The notes: a model not told the origin generated them from the sequence alone. A stretch of 64,000 nucleotides of DNA from Pelagibacteraceae bacterium AG-404-P08 (GCA_003216195.1 QCJF01000006.1:27564-91563), one strand, 5' to 3'; positions 40,875 to 50,436 are shown, counted from the stretch's first letter. Numbers and translations are program-made.

Positions 40875-42371
40875 TTGACAGACTCTCTTTATTCAAATCT
40901 AATTGAAACTAATTTAGATAATAATAAAACTTTTTTAATATTAGATGATGGATCAGAGATTACTTATAAAAATTTCATAATTCTAGCATCAAAAATTTCT
41001 CACAAATTATCAAAATTAGGGTTAAAAGCAGGGAGTCATATTCTTGTAAAGTCTGCTAAATGTAAAGAGACTTTAGCTCTTTATTTATCATCTATTCTTA
41101 CAGGATCAGTTTTTTTTCCACTTAATACAAGCTATACAGTTAATGAAACAATTTATTTTATAAAGGACTCAAAACCATCTTTTCTCATCTGTGATAAATC
41201 AGAAATTGATAGCTTAAAACCAATTTGCGATGAAATTGGCTGTAGAATTTTATCTTTAAATGCAAACGGAGTTGGAGAGATTACTGATGGTTTAGAAAAC
41301 CTTGATAGTTTTTTTGAACCATCAAAAAGAACATATAATGATTTAGCAGCACTTTTATATACCTCTGGGACTACAGGAAAGCCTAAAGGTGCTATGTTAA
41401 CTGAACAAAATTTAGTTTCAAATGCTCAAGAACTAATAAATTTATGGAATATAAATCGCAATGATACTTTAATCCATTCACTTCCAATTTATCATACTCA
41501 TGGATTGTTTGTTGCTATTAATACCTCCATGATAAGTGGGGCTACTATTAGATTTATAAAAAATTTTAATACAGACTCAATTATTGAAGCATTTAATTAT
41601 TCAACTCTGATGATGGGTGTTCCAACTTTTTATACGAGATTGTTGAATGACAAAAGACTAGATAAGAAATTAACACAAAATATGAGATTATTTATATCTG
41701 GAAGTGCTCCATTGTTAAATCAAACATTTAAAAATTTTTATAGAGTAACCGGTCATCAAATATTAGAGAGATATGGTATGACTGAAACTAATATGAATGC
41801 CTCTAATCCATGTAATGGGAAAAGAAAGGCAGGATCAGTTGGTAAACCTTTAAAAGATATTAAAATAAGAATAAATAATATTCAAAGTGATAATAATAAA
41901 TCAGAAAATGATATTGGAACAATAGAAATAAATGGTCCTAATGTATTTAAAGGTTATCTAAATAATCCAAAAAAGACACAAGAGGCATTTACGAAAGATG
42001 GTTTTTTTATAACCGGTGATATTGGATATTTTGATAATGATGGATATCTATTCATATCTGGAAGAAATAAAGATTTAATCATAAGTGGTGGATATAATGT
42101 TTATCCTAAAGAAATTGAAGATATTATTAATCAACACGAATTAGTTTTAGAGTCTGCTGTTTTTGGTATCCCTAATGATGATTTAGGTGAAGTACCTATT
42201 GCAGCAATAGTTATGAAGAATAATTCTACAGATTTAAATGATCTTAAAGATTTTTTAAAAAAACACTTAGCGAAATATAAAATTCCAAATAAATATATAT
42301 TGTTGGATGAACTTCCAAAAAACGTCATGGGAAAAGTTCAAAAAAATACTTTAAAAGAAAAATATTCCTAA
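40875..42371 (+). CDS. matB: Malonyl-CoA synthetase-like acyl-CoA ligase
   Basis: LYTSGTTGKPKG, LPIYHTHGLFVA, GVPTFYTRL, LERYGMTE and PKNVMGKVQK motifs. Confidence 0.82.
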   Translation: MTDSLYSNLIETNLDNNKTFLILDDGSEITYKNFIILASKISHKLSKLGLKAGSHILVKSAKCKETLALYLSSILTGSVFFPLNTSYTVNETIYFIKDSKPSFLICDKSEIDSLKPICDEIGCRILSLNANGVGEITDGLENLDSFFEPSKRTYNDLAALLYTSGTTGKPKGAMLTEQNLVSNAQELINLWNINRNDTLIHSLPIYHTHGLFVAINTSMISGATIRFIKNFNTDSIIEAFNYSTLMMGVPTFYTRLLNDKRLDKKLTQNMRLFISGSAPLLNQTFKNFYRVTGHQILERYGMTETNMNASNPCNGKRKAGSVGKPLKDIKIRINNIQSDNNKSENDIGTIEINGPNVFKGYLNNPKKTQEAFTKDGFFITGDIGYFDNDGYLFISGRNKDLIISGGYNVYPKEIEDIINQHELVLESAVFGIPNDDLGEVPIAAIVMKNNSTDLNDLKDFLKKHLAKYKIPNKYILLDELPKNVMGKVQKNTLKEKYS

Positions 42372-42419
42372 ATCCCAAAAATATTCTTTTTTTTAATAAT
42401 ATTAATGTATAAGTTTTAT

Positions 42420-43076
42420 ATGTCTTCGGCAGTGATATTTGGTGCTACTGGTTTAGTTGGCAGTTATTTATTAAAAAACTTAATAAATGATGAATATTAT
42501 ACTAGCATTAAAATTTTTACTCGTTCAGAAGTAAATATAAAACATCCAAAATTAGAAATTATTAATACAGATTTAAAAAATGTTGAGAATATTAAAGATC
42601 AGATTATTGCTGATTGTTGTTTTTTTTGTATCGGTACAACAAAGAAAAACTCTCCTGAAAGAAGTGAATATCAAAGGGTAGAGCTAGATTTACCTAAGAA
42701 AATAGCCAAAATATGTAAATCCAACTCAATCAAATCTTTCGTCTATATCTCATCTGGTTTTGCTGATCCTAATAATAAAGGTGAATATTTAAGATTTAAG
42801 GGCCTAGTTGAAGAGGAGTTGAAAAGATTAAACTTTGATAACCTTGGTATTTTAAGACCATCTTTTTTACTTGGAAAAAGAAAACAGTTTAGACTTGCTG
42901 AGAAAATTGGAATTCCAATTTTCAAGCTATTAACACCATTATTTTTAGGCCCTCTTAAAAAAATGAGACCAATTCATGCAAAAAAAGTAGCTAATGCAAT
43001 GTCAAATATTGTAAAGAAGAACTTAGATCAAACTACATATGAGTCTGATGAAATAGTTACGATTAGCGAATATTAA
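42420..43076 (+). CDS. NAD(P)-binding atypical SDR (YraR/HTATIP2-like)
   Basis: GATGLVG, CIGTT, YLRFKG and RPSFLLG motifs. Alternative start at 42405. Confidence 0.82.
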   Translation: MSSAVIFGATGLVGSYLLKNLINDEYYTSIKIFTRSEVNIKHPKLEIINTDLKNVENIKDQIIADCCFFCIGTTKKNSPERSEYQRVELDLPKKIAKICKSNSIKSFVYISSGFADPNNKGEYLRFKGLVEEELKRLNFDNLGILRPSFLLGKRKQFRLAEKIGIPIFKLLTPLFLGPLKKMRPIHAKKVANAMSNIVKKNLDQTTYESDEIVTISEY

Positions 43077-43091
43077 AGAAAATTTATATTG

Positions 43092-44000
43092 ATGAAAAAA
43101 CTAAATGTTGTTTACAATGATAACTATGACATTCCTCTTCCAGAGGGCCATAGATTTGTTGGAACTAAATTTTCTGATTTATATAATTATATCAAAAACT
43201 CAAATTTATATACGAATTTTACAATTCATCAAAGTAAGTCAGCACCTATAAATGATGTACAAGTAGTACACAACCGTGATTATGTTTTGAGTGTTAAAGA
43301 AGGCAATCTATCGAGAGATCAGGAAAGAAGAATAAATTTACCATGGAGTGCTAGATTAGCTAAAAGATCTTTCCTGGCTATACAAGGCACACTACAAACA
43401 TCTCAATTGGCGCTAGATTATGGTATTGCATGTCATTTAGCAGGTGGGACTCACCATGCTTTTAAAGATTGTGGATCTGGTTTTTGTGTTTTTAACGATT
43501 TAGCCTATGCCTCGATAACTTTACTTAATCAAAAAAAAATAAATAAAATTTTAATATTAGATTTAGATGTTCATCAAGGTGATGGAACTGCTTCTATTTG
43601 TAAAAATATAGATAATATTTTTACATGTTCAATTCATTGTAAAAATAATTTTCCATTTGACAAAAAAAATAGCAATTTAGATGTACCAATAGATGATGAA
43701 GTAGATGATGTTAAATATATAAATATCCTCACAAAAACACTTGATCAAATTGAGTCTAATTTTACGCCAGATATAGTTTTTTATGATGCAGGAGTTGATG
43801 TTCATTCTAACGATGATCTAGGTAATTTAAACCTTACTGATGATGGCATTAAAAAAAGAGATGAAATTGTATGTGAGTATTTCAAAGAAAAAAAAATACC
43901 TCTTTGTACTGTTATAGGTGGAGGATACAGCAAGAATAGAAAAGAATTGGCATCTCGGCACTTCTCAATATTCGAAACTGTAAGTAAAACTTATTTATGA
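43092..44000 (+). CDS. Histone deacetylase-family Zn amidohydrolase
   Basis: GGTHHA, GFCVFND, DLDVHQGDG, AGVD and GGGY motifs. Confidence 0.93.
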   Translation: MKKLNVVYNDNYDIPLPEGHRFVGTKFSDLYNYIKNSNLYTNFTIHQSKSAPINDVQVVHNRDYVLSVKEGNLSRDQERRINLPWSARLAKRSFLAIQGTLQTSQLALDYGIACHLAGGTHHAFKDCGSGFCVFNDLAYASITLLNQKKINKILILDLDVHQGDGTASICKNIDNIFTCSIHCKNNFPFDKKNSNLDVPIDDEVDDVKYINILTKTLDQIESNFTPDIVFYDAGVDVHSNDDLGNLNLTDDGIKKRDEIVCEYFKEKKIPLCTVIGGGYSKNRKELASRHFSIFETVSKTYL

Positions 44001-44549
44001 ATTTTTTTGATTAACTCTTTGAATCAACCCAAAAATTATAGCTATAGCCAATACAATCTTTAGGAATTCACTATACAAAAATGGTAATAAACCAAGATTT
44101 ATAGCTTGTTCAAGACCTACAAAAAAAGAAAGGTGACTAATACCACATAAAAATATTACAAATGCACCTGCAAGAATAGTAGCCGATAACTTGATCAAAC
44201 CTGTATTTACTTCAGATTTGAGAATATATGCAATTATGAACGCAGAAATTACCATTCCGTATAAAAAACCAAATGTTGGAGAAAAAATGTAGCCAATTCC
44301 TCCACCATTAGCGAATAAAGGCAGTCCTAGCACACCTAAAACCACATAAATAAATGTTGAATAAAACCCAATCATGCCCATTGATGCAGCAATAAAGAAA
44401 ACCACCAAAGTTTGTAATGTCATTGGAACAGGGTAAAAGGGAATAGAAATTTTAGAAGATATAGTCAGTAAAATCACTCCTAGTATAGTTAGGTAATACT
44501 TGCTAAAGAAGTGTGTACCAAAAAGATTTTCTGTAATTGTTCTACTCAT
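43995..44549 (-). CDS. bioY: Biotin transporter BioY
   Basis: PFYPVPMTLQTL, GLPLFANG and PTFGFLYG motifs. Confidence 0.93.
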   Translation of the reverse strand: MSRTITENLFGTHFFSKYYLTILGVILLTISSKISIPFYPVPMTLQTLVVFFIAASMGMIGFYSTFIYVVLGVLGLPLFANGGGIGYIFSPTFGFLYGMVISAFIIAYILKSEVNTGLIKLSATILAGAFVIFLCGISHLSFFVGLEQAINLGLLPFLYSEFLKIVLAIAIIFGLIQRVNQKNS

Positions 44550-44556
44550 CGTATGA

Positions 44557-44769
44557 TTATCTTACTTTATCTTCGTCCTTATAAAATCTTGGATCAAATT
44601 CATCTAATTTTATACCTCTAAATGTCTTATAAAATGAGCCAAATTTATAGCTACCAAGTTGTTCTAATGGTGTATTTGTAAACTTTGCTTTTGCTGCTTC
44701 CTCTGACTCAGCCTCTATAGTTACCTGAAAGTCATACGACATAGTCATATCTATAATGAATTTTCTCAT
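44557..44769 (-). CDS. 70-aa hypothetical protein
   Basis: Strong SD AGGAGG 6 nt before the ATG; fills the gap upstream of bioY. Confidence 0.75.
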   Translation of the reverse strand: MRKFIIDMTMSYDFQVTIEAESEEAAKAKFTNTPLEQLGSYKFGSFYKTFRGIKLDEFDPRFYKDEDKVR

Positions 44770-44894
44770 AACTAACCTCCTATTAATAATTAACTAAATA
44801 TCATAAATATAGTGATTTTAACCAAAAAAATATAAAAATATTTAAAATTATACCCATTGGGAATGATAAAATCTTTGATATAAGTTCAATAAAT

Positions 44895-45329
44895 ATGGAC
44901 AATAAAATTTTAGTTATTAATGGCCCTAATCTAGAAATGTTAGGTAAACGCAAAGAGAGTGTTTATGGAAATTTCACATTAAAAGATTTGGAAAACGAGT
45001 TACTTAAGGAGTCTGAAACATTAGGATGTAATCTTGATTTTTTCCAAAGTAATATAGAAGGAGAGATCATCAATAAAATAAATGGCTTAGACGAGTCATA
45101 CGTTGGTATCATAATCAATCCCGGTGGTTTGACTCATACCTCGGTTTCATTACACGACTCTCTTGAAATTAAAACAATATTTAAAATAGAAGTTCATTTA
45201 TCCAATATATACTCTAGAGAGGACTTTCGAAGAAAGTCTCTCATAGCACCAGCTTGTGATTGTTCGATTATAGGTATGGGTAAAGATGGATTTATTTACG
45301 CATTAAGATATTTAATAAAAAACATATAA
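44895..45329 (+). CDS. aroQ: Type II 3-dehydroquinate dehydratase
   Basis: NGPNLEMLGKR, QSNIEG, NPGGLTHTS and EVHLSNIYSRE motifs. Confidence 0.96.
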   Translation: MDNKILVINGPNLEMLGKRKESVYGNFTLKDLENELLKESETLGCNLDFFQSNIEGEIINKINGLDESYVGIIINPGGLTHTSVSLHDSLEIKTIFKIEVHLSNIYSREDFRRKSLIAPACDCSIIGMGKDGFIYALRYLIKNI

Positions 45330-45348
45330 ATCAAAGCTTAATTTTTAA

Positions 45349-45377
45349 ATTTCATAAAAAATTCATAGTTTTTTTAT
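45349..45377 (+). promoter_or_regulatory. Putative Pho box upstream of the ugp operon
   Basis: ATTTCAT-aaaa-AATTCAT-agtt-TTTTTAT at an 11-bp period, resembling CTGTCAT repeats; TAAAGT at 45386. Confidence 0.5.
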
Positions 45378-45468
45378 TTTTTTTGTAAAGTTATACACAG
45401 CCAATCTATTCCTGAGACTATTAAATAGTTATATAATGATAACAGGAACGTTCTAATAGGAGGACATA

Positions 45469-46776
45469 ATGAAAAAACTAATTAGTATTTTTGTACTTTT
45501 AGTTTCTTTTGCATTTACTTCAAACAGTTACAGTAAAACCGAAATTCATTGGTGGTATGGTAACAGTGGTTTTTTAGGTGATGTAATCATAGAAATAGCT
45601 AATCGATTTAACGAGTCACAAGATGAGTATATGGTTATCCCTACTGGTAAAGGAAGCTATGAGGACAACATGGCAGCTACAATAGCTGCTTTTAGAGCAG
45701 GTGATCAACCTCATTATTCACAAGTCTATGATGCAGGTGCGGCTATCATGGTAGCACAAGTTAAAAATGGAGTTGTGATCGGCTTTGAAGAGATGGCCGA
45801 AAAATATGGTATTGATGTAGATGCTGATAACTACATTCCTGGTATAAAAAACTTTTATGCTGATGGTGATGGAAAAATGATCGGTGTTCCATTTAATAGT
45901 TCTACATGTCTCATGTATGCCAATATGGATATTTTAAATGAAGTTGGCATTGAAGAGGTTCCAAAAACTTACGAAGAATTTGAAGGTATGGCTCAAAAGA
46001 TACTCGATGCCGGATATATCCCTCTTCTTCAAAGTCACAGTCCTTGGATTTGGACTGAAAATTTCTTCTCTAGGCATAATTTATTGATGACAGATGGCAA
46101 TAACGGCTATGATGCTGTTCCTACAAAAACACTTTTTGCGGATACAGAAGCTTTTGTTTATCACTGGACTAAAGTTAAAGAATGGTATGAAAAGGGTTAC
46201 TACGGCTACAAGGGAAGAGCATGGGGAGATAACCAAGCACCTTTTACTAATGGTGAGGCTGCGTTTTGGTTTGGATCTGCTGCATCTTTTGGAGGTATGA
46301 AAGGTGTGCTTCCAAACTTTACAACCAACCCAATACCATATTGGGACTCAGTAACAGGAGGTAAAGAGTATCCAACATTTATTGGTGGTGCTGCTAATTG
46401 GATTTTAAACGGTCATACAGAAGAAGAGTATAAAGGACTTGCTAAATTTATTGAATTTATGGGCTCACCAGAAATGGATTTATACTATCATAATATGACA
46501 GGTTACGCTGCTGTAACAAAAGGTGGTATAGAGTTAGCTGAAACTATAAATTTTTATAGAGCATCTCCTTATCATAAAGCTGTTGGTGATCAATTAGGTC
46601 TTGAGGGTTCAACAATCCCTGGTGGATATAGAGCAGGTAACTGGCCTCAAATTCGTGAAGTAATATACGAAAATGTAGAACCAATGCTTAATGGCGATAT
46701 CACTGTTGAAAAAGCTCTAAGCAATATGGATAAGGGTGCAGCAAAACTATTAAAACAGTTTGCTAAAACTCTATAA
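45469..46776 (+). CDS. ugpB: sn-glycerol-3-phosphate-type ABC substrate-binding protein
   Basis: Signal peptide; GSYEDNMAATIAAFRAG, PFNSST and IGGAANW motifs; SD AGGAGG. Confidence 0.82.
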   Translation: MKKLISIFVLLVSFAFTSNSYSKTEIHWWYGNSGFLGDVIIEIANRFNESQDEYMVIPTGKGSYEDNMAATIAAFRAGDQPHYSQVYDAGAAIMVAQVKNGVVIGFEEMAEKYGIDVDADNYIPGIKNFYADGDGKMIGVPFNSSTCLMYANMDILNEVGIEEVPKTYEEFEGMAQKILDAGYIPLLQSHSPWIWTENFFSRHNLLMTDGNNGYDAVPTKTLFADTEAFVYHWTKVKEWYEKGYYGYKGRAWGDNQAPFTNGEAAFWFGSAASFGGMKGVLPNFTTNPIPYWDSVTGGKEYPTFIGGAANWILNGHTEEEYKGLAKFIEFMGSPEMDLYYHNMTGYAAVTKGGIELAETINFYRASPYHKAVGDQLGLEGSTIPGGYRAGNWPQIREVIYENVEPMLNGDITVEKALSNMDKGAAKLLKQFAKTL

Positions 46777-46790
46777 TTTATATTATTTTA

Positions 46791-46821
46791 AAAAGGAGGA
46801 TATTTATAATATCCTCCTTTT
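46791..46821 (+). terminator. Perfect 14-bp hairpin between ugpB and ugpA
   Basis: AAAAGGAGGATATT-TAT-AATATCCTCCTTTT. Confidence 0.8.
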
Positions 46822-46827
46822 AACTTA

Positions 46828-47706
46828 ATGAAAAAAGTTCAATTTAAATCAAATTATTCTCAATATTTTTTCTTAGCTCCTCAGCTTTTAATTTTATTAA
46901 TTTTTTTATATTGGCCAATTATTCAAACGTTTAAAGATGCCTTTACTATGCAAGATGCTTTTGGTTTTGGTTCTCAGTTTGCTGGTTTTGATAATTTTTT
47001 ATTTATTTTTTCTGATCCCTCCTATTTTACTGCTTTCAAGTTTACAATTATTTATAGTTTCGTAATTACTTTTATTACAGGTTCAATTGGTTTATTGCTT
47101 GCCGTGCAAGCTAATAAAGTCATGCATGGAAAAAGTGCATATAAAACACTATTAATTTGGCCTTATGCTATTGCACCGGCTGTTGTTGGTGTTATGGCTA
47201 ATTATTTTTTCAGTGAAAGATATGGTTTACTTCATCATTTATTTAACAATTTATGGGGTTTTAATTGGTATGAAAATGTATTTGATGCATATATTTATGT
47301 AATTATTGCTGGTTCCTGGAAACAAATAAGTGCAAATTTTATTTTCTTTTTAGCTGGACTTCAGGCTATTCAAAAAACAGTTATTGAAGCCTCTATTATT
47401 GATTGTAAAAGCAACATTCGAAGATTTTGGACAATTACTTTTCCTTTATTAATGCCGACTACTTTTTTCTTAATTATAATTAATATAACTTATGCCTTTT
47501 TTGATACATTTGGAATTATTGATACAACCACTATTGGAGCTCCTGGTAGCGAAACTAAAACTTTAGTTTATAAAGCCTACATTGATGGCTTCAAAGGTTT
47601 AGATCTTGGAAGTGCTGGTGCTCAATCAATCATGATGATGATAATAGTTCTTGTTATTACAATTTTTCAATTTAGATACATAGAGGGTAAAATTCACTAC
47701 AATTAA
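46828..47706 (+). CDS. ugpA: ABC permease
   Basis: LAPQL, LIWPYAIAPAV, FFLAGLQAI..TVIEAS and FFDTFGII motifs. Confidence 0.85.
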   Translation: MKKVQFKSNYSQYFFLAPQLLILLIFLYWPIIQTFKDAFTMQDAFGFGSQFAGFDNFLFIFSDPSYFTAFKFTIIYSFVITFITGSIGLLLAVQANKVMHGKSAYKTLLIWPYAIAPAVVGVMANYFFSERYGLLHHLFNNLWGFNWYENVFDAYIYVIIAGSWKQISANFIFFLAGLQAIQKTVIEASIIDCKSNIRRFWTITFPLLMPTTFFLIIINITYAFFDTFGIIDTTTIGAPGSETKTLVYKAYIDGFKGLDLGSAGAQSIMMMIIVLVITIFQFRYIEGKIHYN

Positions 47707-48527
47707 TGACTAAATATATATCTTTAACTATTAATCATTTTATTCTTTCAATTGGTTTACTTATTATGATTGTTCCAATATGGATAATTTTTGCAAGCTC
47801 AACACATTCAAGCCTATTTATAAATACCAACGGTTTACAATTTTTTTTAGGAGATAATTTTATTGATAATTATTCTAGAGTTTTATTTAAACAATCTGGT
47901 TTTTTTAATGAAATAACAGCTCTTAAAATGTTTTTTAATAGTTTTGTTATGGCAACAGGTATAGCGACTTTATCTGTAATTACATCACTTATGGCTGCAT
48001 ACGGTTTAGTTTATTTTAAAGTCAAATATGCGACTTTTATATTTTGGTTAATTTTTATTACTTTATTAGTTCCTTTGGAGCTTAGAATAATGCCCTCATA
48101 CATAGTTATGTCAAAATTAAATCTTGTAAATACATTTGCTGGTTTAATTCTACCCATCTCTGCCTCTGCAATAGCAACCTTCTTTTTTAGACAATTTTAT
48201 AAATCAATTCCTGATGAATTATTAGAAGCAGCTAAATTAGATGGAACTAATAGTTTGAGATTTTTTATAGATTTTTTAATTCCTTTATCTAAAACGATGA
48301 TTGCTGCAGTTTTTATATTTATGTTCGTATTTGGCTATAATCAATATCTTTGGCCATTAATAATGACTACTAGTGAACAATATTGGACTGTTGTAATGGG
48401 TCTTAAGACAATGTACGGATCTATTTCTGATCGTTTTGCTTTTGTAATTATGTCAATGATCCCACCAGTAATTATAATTATCTTTCTACAAAAATTATTT
48501 ATTCAAGGAATATTTCAAAATAAATGA
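47706..48527 (+). CDS. ugpE: ABC permease, UgpE paralogue 1
   Basis: FITLLVPLELRI, ATFFFRQFY, IPDELLEAAKLDG and YLWPL motifs. Confidence 0.8.
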   Translation: MTKYISLTINHFILSIGLLIMIVPIWIIFASSTHSSLFINTNGLQFFLGDNFIDNYSRVLFKQSGFFNEITALKMFFNSFVMATGIATLSVITSLMAAYGLVYFKVKYATFIFWLIFITLLVPLELRIMPSYIVMSKLNLVNTFAGLILPISASAIATFFFRQFYKSIPDELLEAAKLDGTNSLRFFIDFLIPLSKTMIAAVFIFMFVFGYNQYLWPLIMTTSEQYWTVVMGLKTMYGSISDRFAFVIMSMIPPVIIIIFLQKLFIQGIFQNK

Positions 48528-49375
48528 AGTTCAAACCATTAGAAATACTAACACACATTATTCTCATACTTGGCGTTTTATTAATGGTATTACCAATTTG
48601 GTTTTCTTTTGCCACTTCAACTCATGATAATGTTTCAATAATGACTGAGGGAATGAAATTTTTTTTAGGTGAGAGTTTTTCTCAAAATTACAATGAAGTT
48701 TTGAATGAAAAAGGGGGTTGGTCAGAGGAAGTTACTGCAGCAAGAATGTTTGTAAATAGTTTTATTATGGCGCTTGGTATTGCAACATTGAAAGTTGTCA
48801 TCTCAGCTATGTCAGCTTACGCATTAGTTTATTTTAGATTTAAATTAGCTGTTCCAATATTTTGGCTAATCTTTATTACTCTTTTAGTTCCACTAGAAGT
48901 AAGAATTTTTCCAAGTTATAAAATTGTATCTGATCTTGGTCTTACAAATACATATACAGGACTTATACTCCCACTAGTTGCTTCTGCTACTGCAACATTT
49001 TTCTTTAGACAATTTTATAAAACAATCCCTGATGAATTGTTAGAGTCTGCAAAATTAGATGGTGCAAATAGTTGGAGATTTTTTATTGACTTCTTATTGC
49101 CTCTATCAAAAACAATGTTAGCGGCTATGTTTATTTTTATGTTTGTCTATGGATATAGCCAATATTTATGGCCTTTAATAATGACTACTGACGAAAAATA
49201 TTGGACAGTAGTGATGGGAATGAAGATTATTTTTACAGAAAATTATGAGGGTGTTGCTTTACCTAGAACAGGCGAGAGATTTGCCTATATTATATTGTCA
49301 ATGCTACCACCTGTGTTAGTTGTTGTAATTCTTCAAAGATGGTTTATCAAAGGATTAATTCAAACAGAAAAATAA
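48524..49375 (+). CDS. ugpE: ABC permease, UgpE paralogue 2
   Basis: FITLLVPLEVRI, ATFFFRQFY, IPDELLESAKLDG and QRWFIKGLIQTEK motifs. Confidence 0.83.
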   Translation: MKFKPLEILTHIILILGVLLMVLPIWFSFATSTHDNVSIMTEGMKFFLGESFSQNYNEVLNEKGGWSEEVTAARMFVNSFIMALGIATLKVVISAMSAYALVYFRFKLAVPIFWLIFITLLVPLEVRIFPSYKIVSDLGLTNTYTGLILPLVASATATFFFRQFYKTIPDELLESAKLDGANSWRFFIDFLLPLSKTMLAAMFIFMFVYGYSQYLWPLIMTTDEKYWTVVMGMKIIFTENYEGVALPRTGERFAYIILSMLPPVLVVVILQRWFIKGLIQTEK

Positions 49376-49377
49376 AA

Positions 49378-50424
49378 ATGAGTTTTTTAGAATTACAAAA
49401 TATTACTAAAATATATCCTAATGGCACTAAAGCTGTTAATGAGACTTCTTTAAATATTGAAAATGGGGAATTTGTTGTATTTGTTGGCCCTAGTGGGTGT
49501 GGTAAATCAACTTTATTAAGAATGATAGCTGGGTTAGAGGATATTACAAATGGGGAAATATCGCTAGATGGTAATGTTATTAATAAAATTGACCCATCTG
49601 AAAGAGATGTAGCAATGGTTTTTCAAAATTATGCACTTTATCCTCACATGTCAGTATTTAATAATATGGCTTATGGTCTTAAAAATAGAGGAATATCTAA
49701 AGAAGAGATCAATAACAAAGTCAATGATGTAGCTAAACTCTTGGAAATAGATCAATTACTCACAAGAAAACCAAGCATGCTTTCAGGAGGGCAAAGACAA
49801 CGAGTTGCAATGGGAAGAGCCATAGTTAGAAATCCAAAAATATTTTTATTTGATGAACCATTATCTAACTTAGATGCAAAATTAAGAAATCAAATGCGTT
49901 TGGAAATCAAACGTCTTCAAAGGCAAATGGGCGTAACGAGTATTTTTGTTACACATGATCAAACAGAAGCGATGACACTAGGGGATAGGATAGTAGTAAT
50001 TAACAATGGTGTTGTTGAACAAGTTGGTACACCAAAAGAGATATATTCTAAACCAAATACTAAATTTGTTGCTGAATTTATAGGATCCCCACAGATGAAT
50101 TTATTTAATTGCAAAATCGAAAATGGCATAGCTCATATAGCTGATATGAAAATTAACCTTAATAATTCTACAAACGTCGATGATGCTATTTTAGGTATAA
50201 GGCCAGACGATATACTAATTTCAGATAATGGACAGCATACTTGTGTAGCAAACCTAGTGGAATATTTAGGTTCAGATATGATCATATATTCAAAAATTGG
50301 TGATCAAGAGTTTAGTTGTAAATTGTCTTCGAAAAAAAATCTAAATGCAGGAGATACATTTAAATTTGATATATCTGGTACATTAGTGCACCTTTTCGAT
50401 AACACTACCGGTTCAAGAGTATAA
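49378..50424 (+). CDS. ugpC: ABC ATP-binding subunit
   Basis: GPSGCGKST, FQNYALYPHM, LSGGQRQRVAMGRAIVR and DEPLSNLDAKLR motifs; start set at MSFLEL. Confidence 0.88.
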   Translation: MSFLELQNITKIYPNGTKAVNETSLNIENGEFVVFVGPSGCGKSTLLRMIAGLEDITNGEISLDGNVINKIDPSERDVAMVFQNYALYPHMSVFNNMAYGLKNRGISKEEINNKVNDVAKLLEIDQLLTRKPSMLSGGQRQRVAMGRAIVRNPKIFLFDEPLSNLDAKLRNQMRLEIKRLQRQMGVTSIFVTHDQTEAMTLGDRIVVINNGVVEQVGTPKEIYSKPNTKFVAEFIGSPQMNLFNCKIENGIAHIADMKINLNNSTNVDDAILGIRPDDILISDNGQHTCVANLVEYLGSDMIIYSKIGDQEFSCKLSSKKNLNAGDTFKFDISGTLVHLFDNTTGSRV

Positions 50425-50436
50425 GTTTTACAAAGT

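Noticed and set aside
21270-44769. Integrative element or prophage at tRNA-Lys
   Set aside because: No integrase, transposase or phage genes, and I found no repeat of the tRNA 3' end in the window.
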